Assembly (NCBI GenBank): GCA_943372485.1
Contig: CALRYW010000007.1
Location: 4,936-68,935 of the forward strand
DNA length: 64,000 bases
Direction of reading: 5' to 3'
Source: Bosea thiooxidans
GTDB taxonomy: Bacteria > Pseudomonadota > Alphaproteobacteria > Rhizobiales > Beijerinckiaceae
Shown: positions 54,977 through 63,868 of the stretch, piece after piece
Position numbering within the stretch: position 1 is the stretch's first letter
How the letters are laid out: each line of letters starts with the position of its first letter
Position numbers and translations under genes: made by a program
The notes under the pieces: model-generated
What the model was told of the DNA's origin: nothing
The model's database searches: none
The model's input: only the letters and a program-made list of their open reading frames with translations

Positions 54977-55558
54977 ATGAAGCATCTTCTCGCGATCCTG
55001 CCTCTGCTGTGTGCCGCTCCCGGCCCGTCCCTGGCCGCGCCAGAACCCGCCGATCCCGCGCGACGCACGCCCTGGGGCCTCTATGTCGATTCCCGCGAGG
55101 CCTTCGCGATGAAGCAGGCACAGGGCGACAAGATCCTGCTCGTCGATGTGCGCGATCCCGTCGAGATCATGTTCACCGGCTTCGCCCCCGCCGTCGATGT
55201 CGTCGTACCGTTCATGATTGCCAACCGGGCGAAGTGGAACGAGCAGCGTTCGGTCTACCAGGTGGAGAAGAACCCGCGCTTCGAGGCTGATCTCGCCAAG
55301 GCGCTGGCCGCGCGCGGCCTGTCCAAGGACACGCCGATCCTGCTGATGTGCCGCTCCGGCGGCGAACGCGGCGCGCCCTCCGCCCAGGAGCTCTGGGGCA
55401 AGGGCTATGGCAAGGTTTATGTCGTCACCGACGGTTTCGAAGGCGACACGGTCAAGGACGGTGAGCGCAGGAACTGGCGCCTTGTCGACGGGTGGAAGAA
55501 TTCCGGGCTGCCCTGGAGCTATCGCCTCGACAGATCGAAATTCCCGCTCGGCGAATAA
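54977..55558 (+). CDS. Exported rhodanese-like sulfurtransferase
   Basis: Signal peptide; LLVDVRDP, LMCRSGGER active-site loop, DGFEGD, GWKNSGLPW. Confidence 0.88.
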   Translation: MKHLLAILPLLCAAPGPSLAAPEPADPARRTPWGLYVDSREAFAMKQAQGDKILLVDVRDPVEIMFTGFAPAVDVVVPFMIANRAKWNEQRSVYQVEKNPRFEADLAKALAARGLSKDTPILLMCRSGGERGAPSAQELWGKGYGKVYVVTDGFEGDTVKDGERRNWRLVDGWKNSGLPWSYRLDRSKFPLGE

Positions 55559-55596
55559 GGGCCGGGCAACACTCCTCCCAGCACAAGGTCGACACC

Positions 55597-56037
55597 ATGC
55601 AGGTCCGTTCGCTCGCGTTTCTCGCCGCGCTCTCCGTCTCCGCCCTGACGGCTCTGCCCGCCATGGCGGCCGGCCAAAAGCTTCTTGCCCTCCTCAGCAG
55701 CGGCGATGCCGAGGCTCAGGCCTTCTCGCTCATCCTCGCCAACGAAGCCCGCGGCGCCGGCCACGCGGTCGATCTCGTGCTCTGCGGCCCGGCCGGCGAC
55801 ATCGCCCTCAAATCCGCGCCCGCAGCCGCCACGCGTCCGGTCACCCCCACCGGCATGAGCGTGCGCGCCCTGCTCGAAAAGCTCGTCAGCCAGGGCGGCA
55901 AGGTCGAGCTCTGTGCGATCTACCTACCCAACCGGCAACTCAAGCCGGACGCCGTCATCGAAGGGGTTTCGGTCGGCAAGCCGGCCGATGTGGCCGCCCG
56001 CATGGCCGATCCGGCCGTTAAGGTGGTCAGCCCCTGA
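55597..56037 (+). CDS. Exported DsrE/DsrF-like protein
   Basis: Signal peptide MQVRSLAFLAALSVSA; LVLCGPAG and VELCAIYL Cys motifs. Confidence 0.75.
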   Translation: MQVRSLAFLAALSVSALTALPAMAAGQKLLALLSSGDAEAQAFSLILANEARGAGHAVDLVLCGPAGDIALKSAPAAATRPVTPTGMSVRALLEKLVSQGGKVELCAIYLPNRQLKPDAVIEGVSVGKPADVAARMADPAVKVVSP

Positions 56038-56042
56038 CGAAT

Positions 56043-56073
56043 CGCGGGGGGACAAGGCGCCCCGCGCCTTTAT
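56043..56073 (+). terminator. Putative intrinsic terminator of the sulfur operon
   Basis: CGCGGGG...CCCCGCG stem followed by CCTTTAT. Confidence 0.45.
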
Positions 56074-56471
56074 GGACCGGCGATCCCTCGACGTCCGCCA
56101 CGGTTCGGAGCCCGCTGGCATCGTGTTGGGCTGGAAGATCCGCTTCACGGCAGAGCCCCACTGTCAGGAGGTCGCGCGTTTCGAAGCAATTCGCCAACGA
56201 AACCGCTCATCGGCCCGGTCAAGCGATCCGTGTCGATCGGTGCGACGCGATTTGTCTGGCAACGGATGTTGAATGCCGCTGCATCGGAGCAATCGTTCTG
56301 CATGGCTTCGGCCGCAGATAGTCGGAGATTGAAAAGGACGAGTCAGGCGCAGAAGTGCAGCGCCAGACTACAGTCATGCATGGCGGTGATCACAAGCGCC
56401 GGACTTCAATTCGGCGAAACTGACGAGGTCCATCGCAGCACTGAAACCGATCTGCCCCTGATCGGCCAGAC

Positions 56472-57413
56472 ATGAGCGTCTCAGGCATCGCAGCCGTCGC
56501 CAAAGGCGAAGCCCGCAGCGTGCGTGTTGAGATAGACCGCATAAAGCGAGGTTTGTGCCGTAATGTAGAGGCGGTTCAGCTCTGGCCCACCGAAGCAGAG
56601 ATTGCCGACGAGTTCCGGGACCGGAATTCGACCGATCAGCGTCCCCTCCGGCGCATGACACAGCACCGCGTCGGCGCTTGAGGTCCAGATATTGCCGCGC
56701 CAATCGAGGCGAAAACCATCGATCAGGCCCGCGGTGCAGGCAAGCAGCGGCCCTATGGGACGCAGCGAGGCACTGTCGTCGGTGAAGCGGTAGGCATGGA
56801 TCGCAGCCGGCGTCCCCTTCACGTGGGTCGCCCCCGTCTCCGACACGTAGAGGATCTTCTCGTCGGTCGAAAATGCCAGCCCATTGGGCTGAATGCGGTC
56901 CGTTGCCACCGCCCTCACGGCTCCGGTCGCGGGATCGAGGCGATAGACATGCGATCCGCCGGTCTCGCTGGCCGCATGGAATCCTTCATAGGCGCTGTCG
57001 ATTCCATAGGTCGGATCGGTGAACCAGATGCTGCCATCGGTCTTGACGACGACGTCGTTGGGCGAATTGAAGCGCTTGCCATCGATCCTGTCGGCGAGGA
57101 TGCGCCAGCGGCCGTCATGGTCCAGTCGCGAGATGCAGCGCCGGCCGTGCTCGCAGGCGATCAGGCGGCCCTGGTGATCCAGCGCATGGCCGTTGTGGAA
57201 GCCGACCTTCGCCTCGAACACGCTGATCTCGCCATTGTCCTCGTTGAAGCGCAGCAGCCGGTCGTTGGGAATGTCCGACCAGATCAGATGGCGCGCGGCC
57301 GGCACATAGACGGGCCCTTCGCTCCAACGCGCCCCGGACCAGAGGTGTTCCAGCCGGGCATGTCCGATGATCAGCGACGCGAAGCGATCATCGAGAATCT
57401 GATAGGGACTCAT
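56472..57413 (-). CDS. SMP-30/gluconolactonase-family lactonase
   Basis: WSEGPVY, FNSPNDVVVKTDGSIWFTDP, PNGLAFS, IDGFRLD, GNLCFGG. Confidence 0.93.
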
Positions 57414-58147
57414 GGTGACGGGGCCTCATTCGCTGAGCTGGGCGCGGGGTGCCGGCGAATGCCGAAGCCGATCGGCGGACGGCGGTTGCCGGGATGGACG
57501 AGATCGCTGCCCCAATGGGCCTGATAGGTGTCGAAGGCCAGCCCGCGCCGCTGCAACCACCCGAACAGCACGAGACAGGCGAGCCACCAGGCTCCGATCA
57601 GGAGCCACATCCAGTGTGGCGCATTGGCCTGCCAGAGACCGCTGGCGATCGCCCCACAGGCGCCAAACAACGCGAGATAGCCACCGAACTTGTGAATGTA
57701 CTCGAACGCCCGCCGTCGCGGCGTCATGGCGTAGTGATCGCCATGTGCTCCGCCGTCGGACGCTCCGGGTGACGGGCCCCCCTTGCTGCCGCGCAGCCAG
57801 GCGCTGGCGAATTGCAACGCCGCGAGGCCGGCGACGCTCCAGCCGAACAGGCGATGTGTCGTAGCCGCTCCGCTGCTACCGCCAGGCAACAGGATCAGGC
57901 CCAGGGCGATCAGGGTGAGCGCTCCGGTGAGATAGTGCAGGCCGCGATGAAGATGCCACCAGCCTGGATGATCGAGTTCCTGCGGCCAGTTCTGGCCCGG
58001 CCAGAGCTTGAGGAAGCGCGCCGCCAGAATCCCGCAGGGCACCAGCCCGCCCCAGGCCAGTGTCATCAGCCGGGCGTGCCAGGCCGCGGCGCCTTGAATC
58101 TCGTGAGACCGCAGCGCGTCGATCGGGGCGAGCAGCCAGTCGAGCAT
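57410..58147 (-). CDS. Cytochrome b561-family di-heme membrane protein (DOMON/FRRS1-associated type)
   Basis: Four His at helix positions: WHARLM, WWHLHRGL, THRLFGW, YIHKFGGY. Confidence 0.8.
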   Translation of the reverse strand: MLDWLLAPIDALRSHEIQGAAAWHARLMTLAWGGLVPCGILAARFLKLWPGQNWPQELDHPGWWHLHRGLHYLTGALTLIALGLILLPGGSSGAATTHRLFGWSVAGLAALQFASAWLRGSKGGPSPGASDGGAHGDHYAMTPRRRAFEYIHKFGGYLALFGACGAIASGLWQANAPHWMWLLIGAWWLACLVLFGWLQRRGLAFDTYQAHWGSDLVHPGNRRPPIGFGIRRHPAPSSANEAPSP

Positions 58148-58149
58148 CG

Positions 58150-59037
58150 TCAGCCCTTGACGGCGCCGGCGGTCATGCCGGTGATGATCTGACGCGAGGC
58201 GAGAAGTGTGAACAGGATCGGCGGAATAGCCAGCAGCATGCCGGTCGCCATGATCACCCCCCAGTCGATGTTGTACTCGGTCAGCGAGTTGACGATGGTC
58301 ACCGGCACGGTGCGCGTCTTCCGGTCAGCCAGCGCATTGGCGAGGAGGAACTCGTTCCAGGCGATGCGGAAGGTGAAGATCGCGGCGGCGGCCAGCCCCG
58401 GCTTGATCAGCGGCAGGACGATCAGGAAAAAGGTGAGGAATGGCCCCGCCCCATCGATCCGTGCGGCTTCTTCCAGCTGGATCGGGACCTGCACGATAAA
58501 GCTCTGCAGGATCCAGATCACGAAGGGCAGGTTCATCGCGACATAGACGAGGATGATGCCCCAGTGCGTCCCAGCCGCGCACTGGTCGCCGATGCACAAC
58601 TGGAACGTCCAGATGCCGAACACCGGGACCAGCAGAACCGCCGGCGGGACCATGCGTAGCAGCAGCGTCGTCAGCGACAGGCCGCCGCGGCCCACAAAGC
58701 GGAAGCGCACGATGGCGTAGGCCGCCATGCAGCCGAGCACGAGCGTCACGACCGTCGCGATGCTGGCGATGAACAGCGAGTTCGACAGCGCCCGTCCGAA
58801 GGTCGGGTCGCAGCGGGCGATGTCCTTCGGCTCATACCAGAGCAGATCGCAGAGCACCTGCTCGTAGTTGCGCAAGGTCGGCACGAACAGAAGGCTCGAA
58901 TTGTCGCTCATGATGTCGACATTGAGGCGCAAGGAGGTGATCAGCATCAGCACGATCGGCCCGACCGACATCAGGACGAGCAGGACCAGCATGACGTAGA
59001 AGCCGGCGTTCTGGCGGCGGTCGGTGGCTGTGGTCAT
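58150..59037 (-). CDS. Carbohydrate ABC permease (CUT1, MalG-like)
   Basis: Start trimmed to MTTATD; LEEAARIDGA EAA motif, AWNEFL. Confidence 0.92.
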   Translation of the reverse strand: MTTATDRRQNAGFYVMLVLLVLMSVGPIVLMLITSLRLNVDIMSDNSSLLFVPTLRNYEQVLCDLLWYEPKDIARCDPTFGRALSNSLFIASIATVVTLVLGCMAAYAIVRFRFVGRGGLSLTTLLLRMVPPAVLLVPVFGIWTFQLCIGDQCAAGTHWGIILVYVAMNLPFVIWILQSFIVQVPIQLEEAARIDGAGPFLTFFLIVLPLIKPGLAAAAIFTFRIAWNEFLLANALADRKTRTVPVTIVNSLTEYNIDWGVIMATGMLLAIPPILFTLLASRQIITGMTAGAVKG

Positions 59038-59960
59038 GATGAAGCGGCCTCTGCCTCTGCGGCGGCGCGCAGCCGCGCCGCGCGTTGTTCGGTGAGGATG
59101 CCGTAGACGAACATGGCCAGTGTCAGCGCCATCAGCACGATAAGCAGCAGGTTCGACATCGCCGCGGCTTTGCCCAGTTCGCGGAACTCGGAGGCAGTGC
59201 GGGCGATCCGCAAGGACATGATTTCGGTCGAGAGGCCCGGCCCGCCATTGGTCAGGACCAGCACGACCTCCAGCACCTTGAAGGCGTCGATCAGCCTGAG
59301 CAGACCGGTGACGATCAGCACCGGCAGCATCAGCGGCAGCTTGATGTGCCAGATCTGCTGCCACCCGCTGGCGCCGTCGATTCGGGCCGCTTCCATGGCC
59401 GACTTCGGCAGCGACTGCAGCGCCGCCAGCGACAGGATGAAGATGAACGGAGTCCACTGCCAGATGTCGGCCAGGATGATCGACACCAGGGCCCAGTTGG
59501 AATCGGACAGCCACGGTACGGGATCGAACCCGAGTCCCGTCAAGATGCGGTTCAGCGGCCCGACGGTGGGGTGATAGAGGTAGCGCCACATCAGGCCGAC
59601 AACGATTGGGGCGATCATCATCGGCAGGATGAACAGCGTGCGCAGCAGGGTCATGCCGCGCAAGGGACGGTCCAGCAGCAGCGCGAGTCCCACGCCCAGG
59701 ATCATTTCGCAGGTCACGACGACGGCGGCGAATTTCAGCGTGACGAACAGCGACTCGCGAAAGCTGGGATCGTTCAGCAGAAACAGATAGTTCCGCCACC
59801 CGACCCAATCGGCCTGCGAGATCCGCTGGCTCGGATTCCAATCGAGAAAGCTGGCGTAGACCATGTAGCCGACGGGGTAGAGCAGCGCCACGCCGAGCAC
59901 GGCCAGGCTCGGGGCCAGGAACAGGTAGGGCGTCAGGCGGGAGGCGTTTGCGGCTTGCAT
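59034..59960 (-). CDS. Carbohydrate ABC permease (CUT1, MalF-like)
   Basis: WQWTPF, EAARIDGAS, NGGPGLST. Confidence 0.92.
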   Translation of the reverse strand: MQAANASRLTPYLFLAPSLAVLGVALLYPVGYMVYASFLDWNPSQRISQADWVGWRNYLFLLNDPSFRESLFVTLKFAAVVVTCEMILGVGLALLLDRPLRGMTLLRTLFILPMMIAPIVVGLMWRYLYHPTVGPLNRILTGLGFDPVPWLSDSNWALVSIILADIWQWTPFIFILSLAALQSLPKSAMEAARIDGASGWQQIWHIKLPLMLPVLIVTGLLRLIDAFKVLEVVLVLTNGGPGLSTEIMSLRIARTASEFRELGKAAAMSNLLLIVLMALTLAMFVYGILTEQRAARLRAAAEAEAASS

Positions 59961-60027
59961 CTCGGGAGCGGCCTGCTTCGACGGAGAGCGGCCGGGCGAC
60001 GTCGGAGACGCCGCCCGGTCCTCGACC

Positions 60028-61359
60028 TCAGGGCTTGAAGGTCTCGTAGCCGGCTTCCTTCATCGTCGTCTTGATCCGGCCGGCGAGACCGTCGAGCGAC
60101 TGCTTGATGTCGGCGTTCTCGGTCAGGATCTTCGAGACCGTCGTGCCAAGGTCGTTGTTGATCTTCCCCCAGGGCGGGATGATCGGGCGCCAGTCCGGAT
60201 CGGCCTGCTTCAGGGCCTCGCCGAAGGTCTTCATGTAGGGGTACTTGGCGTTGACGTCGGCATCGGCATGTGTCGAGAAGCGGATCGGATTGCCGCCCTG
60301 CAGGGCAATCAGCTTGTCTGCCTTCTTCGATGTCAGCCATTGCATCAGCAGGAAGGCAGCCTCCTTGTTTTTGGCGTTGCGCGGGATCGCGACGCCGAAG
60401 CCGCCGGTCTGTGAGCCGTAACGTACGCCCTTGGGATGGATGGCCCAGCCGACCTTGCCGGCGATCCTGGACTTGGTGGGATCGTCCACCTGTCCGGCGA
60501 AGACGGTGGAATCGAGGAACATCGCCGTCTTGCCCTGCAGGAAGGCTGTGCCGGCCTCGGCAAAGCCGAAGGTCTTGGCGCCTTCGGGGCCGCAATCGAC
60601 GATGGTCTTCAGCGCCTGGGCCGCCTTGACCCCGGCCTCGTTGTTGATGATCGGGTTCCACTGATTGTCGAAAACGCGGCCGCCCAGCGGAGCCAGGTGA
60701 AGCAGAAAGGCATGCGCCGCGTGCTGGCCGGACGCCGCGCGCGAAGCGAGGCCGCCCATACCCGGCTCGAGCTTGGGAATGCGGCAGGCGAGGTCGAGCA
60801 TCTCGTCATAGGTCTCGGGTACCTTCAGCCCGTGCTTCTCGAAGATATCCTTCCGATAGCCGAGGATTGAGGTCTCGGCGCCGAAGGGGATCCCGAACAG
60901 GGAGCCGGTCGGACCGGGTAGATAGCCCTTTTCGCCGCCGGCCACGCCGATGTTTTGCAGATAGCCAGGGATGATGTCGGCAGCGTCGTAGGCGGGGTCC
61001 GACAGCAGCGGGTTCATGAAGAACCGCGCGAGGTTCTCGAGCTGGTCAGCGAAGACATAGTCGGCCTTCGAGAAGACGACATAGCCGATGAGATCGTAGT
61101 CGCCCCTGGCCTTCGTCAGCTCCAGGGTCTGTTTCTCGCGCATCTTGAGATATTCGAGCTGGTCGACCTCGACCTTGATGCCGGTCTGGCGGGTGAATTC
61201 CGGCAGCACTTTGACCACGGCGTCATAGTGAGGATGGGCGGGAAAATTGACGACGAGCGTCTTGCCCTTGTGTGCGTCGTAGGGCCCGGCCTGGGCGCTG
61301 CCGCCCCCTCCCGCCAGAACCATGGCGGCCAGCGCCACGCTTGTGAAAACCTTGAACAT
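60028..61359 (-). CDS. Carbohydrate ABC substrate-binding protein
   Basis: Sec signal; FTRQTGIKVEVD, YRKDIFEKHGLKVPETYDEM, AAFLLMQWLT. Confidence 0.9.
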   Translation of the reverse strand: MFKVFTSVALAAMVLAGGGGSAQAGPYDAHKGKTLVVNFPAHPHYDAVVKVLPEFTRQTGIKVEVDQLEYLKMREKQTLELTKARGDYDLIGYVVFSKADYVFADQLENLARFFMNPLLSDPAYDAADIIPGYLQNIGVAGGEKGYLPGPTGSLFGIPFGAETSILGYRKDIFEKHGLKVPETYDEMLDLACRIPKLEPGMGGLASRAASGQHAAHAFLLHLAPLGGRVFDNQWNPIINNEAGVKAAQALKTIVDCGPEGAKTFGFAEAGTAFLQGKTAMFLDSTVFAGQVDDPTKSRIAGKVGWAIHPKGVRYGSQTGGFGVAIPRNAKNKEAAFLLMQWLTSKKADKLIALQGGNPIRFSTHADADVNAKYPYMKTFGEALKQADPDWRPIIPPWGKINNDLGTTVSKILTENADIKQSLDGLAGRIKTTMKEAGYETFKP

Positions 61360-61382
61360 AAGTCCTCCCCTCGTTGGTCTCG

Positions 61383-62471
61383 TTAGAGCCGTTGTCCGCT
61401 CTTTGCTGCGAAGATCATGATGTGCTCGGGCGCGACCGAGGCCGTGATCGCAGCGCCGGGGCGGTGCAACGCGACGCTGGGCGTCTCGATGAGAATGCGC
61501 GTGTCACCGCAGCGCGCTGCGATGACGGCGCTGGCCCCAAGATATTCCGACAGGATCACGCTCAGGCGCAGCGCGTTGCCCGGGCGCGGTGTCAACTCGA
61601 TCGCGGTGGGGCGGATGCCGACCAGGACGAGTTCGGGCCGGACGGGCCATCCACCTGGCCGCGGCGGTAGGGCAAGGTCGAAATCCTGCCCCTTCACGGA
61701 GGCCCCATTTCCGCTGGCCACGATGTTGCCGGGCAGGAAATTCATGGTCGGAGAACCGATGAAGCCGGCCACGAACTGGTTGATAGGATTCTCAAACAGC
61801 TCTCGCGGTGTGCCCTGCTGCTGGATCACGCCCTCGTTCATCACCACGATCCGGTCGCCCAGCGTCATGGCTTCGACCTGGTCATGGGTGACGTAGACCA
61901 TGTTCTTGGCGATGCGCTGGCGCAGCTCGGCCAGTTCCGTGCGCATTCTCGCCCGCAGCTTGGCGTCGAGATTGGACAGGGGTTCGTCGAACAGGAAGGT
62001 CGAGGCGTCCCGCACTAGGGCCCGGCCCATCGCCACACGCTGGCGCTGCCCCCCGGACAGCTCCGCCGGCTTGCGGTCGAGCAGATGCGCGATGTTCAGC
62101 ATCTCGGCGACACTGCGCACCTTGGCGACGATTTCCGCCTTGGGACGGCGCTGCAGGCGCAACGCGAAGGACATGTTCCGCGCGATGTTCATGTGCGGGT
62201 AGAGGGCATAGTCTTGGAACACCATCGCGATGTCCCGGTCCTTAGGGTCGCGTCGGCTGACCGGCGTCCCGTCAAAATAGATTTCGCCCTTCGTGAGAGT
62301 CTCCAGACCAGCCAGGATTCGCAGGGTCGTCGACTTGCCGCAGCCCGAGGGTCCGACCAGGACCGTGAACTCGCCGTCCGGCAAGGTCAGGTCCAGCGGC
62401 TTGAGCACCTGGACCTCTCCAAAACGCTTCTCGACGCCCGCAAAGACGATCTCAGGCACATTTCCACCCAT
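61383..62471 (-). CDS. Carbohydrate ABC ATPase (MalK-like)
   Basis: GPSGCGKST, VFQDYALYPHM, LSGGQRQRVAMGRA, YVTHDQVEAMTLGD. Confidence 0.95.
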   Translation of the reverse strand: MGGNVPEIVFAGVEKRFGEVQVLKPLDLTLPDGEFTVLVGPSGCGKSTTLRILAGLETLTKGEIYFDGTPVSRRDPKDRDIAMVFQDYALYPHMNIARNMSFALRLQRRPKAEIVAKVRSVAEMLNIAHLLDRKPAELSGGQRQRVAMGRALVRDASTFLFDEPLSNLDAKLRARMRTELAELRQRIAKNMVYVTHDQVEAMTLGDRIVVMNEGVIQQQGTPRELFENPINQFVAGFIGSPTMNFLPGNIVASGNGASVKGQDFDLALPPRPGGWPVRPELVLVGIRPTAIELTPRPGNALRLSVILSEYLGASAVIAARCGDTRILIETPSVALHRPGAAITASVAPEHIMIFAAKSGQRL

Positions 62472-62539
62472 CTTGTTTTTTGTTGCCGGCAGGATGTCGC
62501 ACCGGGCGCCCGAAGTTAATCCGGCTTTGCGAAAATCAA

Positions 62540-62553
62540 CGTTAGCGCTAACG
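62540..62553. promoter_or_regulatory. LacI-family operator
   Basis: Perfect 14-bp palindrome CGTTAGCGCTAACG with central AGCGCT in the divergent ATPase/lacI intergenic region. Confidence 0.85.
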
Positions 62554-62573
62554 CTGCCTCGAGCGGAGCGGTC

Positions 62574-63617
62574 ATGACGCGCAAGATCACTGTCGGGATC
62601 AAGGATATCGGCCGCGCGGTCGGCGTCAGCATGATGACGGTGTCGCGGGCGCTACGCGGCGTGGAGGGCGTCTCGCCCGCCATGCGCGCCGAAATCCTGC
62701 GCATGGCCGAGGTCATGGACTATCGGCCCAACCGCACGGCACGCTCCCTCGCCAGCGCGCGGTCCTCGCTGATCGGCATTTCGATTCCGACCCTGTTCAG
62801 CGACGTCTTCCCCGAAATCCTCGATGGGATGCGCGCGACCCTGAGTCATGCTGGCTTCGACACCGTGATCGACACGACCGACTATGATCGCACCCGCGAG
62901 GCGGCCTGGGTCGAGCGCATGCTGGACTGGAACGCGGCGGGACTGGTCCTCAGCGGGATCGACCATGCGCCGGAGATGCGGGACCATCTGCGTTCCCTGC
63001 AAATCCCGACGCTGGAAATCTGGGATGTTTGCGATGATCCGATCGATATCTGCGTCGGTGTCGACCACCATGCTGCCGGAGAGATGCTCGGCCGTCACCT
63101 TCAGGCCTGCGGCTATCGTCGGCCGGCCTTCGTCAGTGTTCCGGAGGGACGCGACAGGCGGGCCGATAAGCGGCTGGCAGGCCTACGCGCCAGCTTTGCG
63201 ACGGCCGGTGTTGCCGAGATGGTGGTCGAGCGGGTCGACCGGCGCGCTGCCTTTGTGGCTGGCGCCGTCGGCACCGAAGCCTTGCTGAAGCGGCCAGGGC
63301 CGCGGCCCGACGTCATCGCCTATCTCAATGACCACATGGCCTTCGGGGGCCTCTCGGTCTGCGAGAGGTTGGCGCTGCCGGTCCCGCAAGCCGTCGGAAT
63401 CGCCGGCTTCAACGGGCTGGAGCTCAACACGGTCCTGCCGCGGCCGATCACGACCGTTCGCACTCCACTGAACGCCATGGGCGTCACCGGTGCTCGCAAC
63501 CTCGTCGCGCGAATGAACGGCGCCGTCGTCGCGCGTTCGATCGTATTGCCCACTCGCTTGCAGGAAGGCGATACGACCTGCGTGGTCGGCGTATCGGCTG
63601 CCCCACAGGGCGAATAG
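62574..63617 (+). CDS. LacI-family transcriptional regulator
   Basis: IKDIGRAVGVSMMTVSRAL HTH, YRPNRTARSL hinge, NDHMAFG, IAGFN. Confidence 0.93.
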   Translation: MTRKITVGIKDIGRAVGVSMMTVSRALRGVEGVSPAMRAEILRMAEVMDYRPNRTARSLASARSSLIGISIPTLFSDVFPEILDGMRATLSHAGFDTVIDTTDYDRTREAAWVERMLDWNAAGLVLSGIDHAPEMRDHLRSLQIPTLEIWDVCDDPIDICVGVDHHAAGEMLGRHLQACGYRRPAFVSVPEGRDRRADKRLAGLRASFATAGVAEMVVERVDRRAAFVAGAVGTEALLKRPGPRPDVIAYLNDHMAFGGLSVCERLALPVPQAVGIAGFNGLELNTVLPRPITTVRTPLNAMGVTGARNLVARMNGAVVARSIVLPTRLQEGDTTCVVGVSAAPQGE

Positions 63618-63868
63618 CTTGGTCATCTTGGCCCGCAACACGGTCTGAGAGGCGATGACCACGGTGCTTCGCTGAGCCCGCATGCACGCGCGGGCTGACG
63701 GAACGCGCGGTCGGTTGCTGGCGAGATGAAGCGGGCGAGAGTGCGCTAGGTCGGCGTCGGAAGCCTTCAGGGCGGCTTCCACGCTTGGCTGAATGTATCG
63801 GCGCAGATCGTTGCGCCATGCTTCGGTCATTGCATCCCAGCCCAATTGCTCTGGACGACGCACACGCC

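Noticed and set aside
56080-56470. Atypical ~390-bp spacer between convergent dsrE and lactonase genes, with short ORFs
   Set aside because: No recognisable protein, RNA structure or IS end; treated as a module junction.
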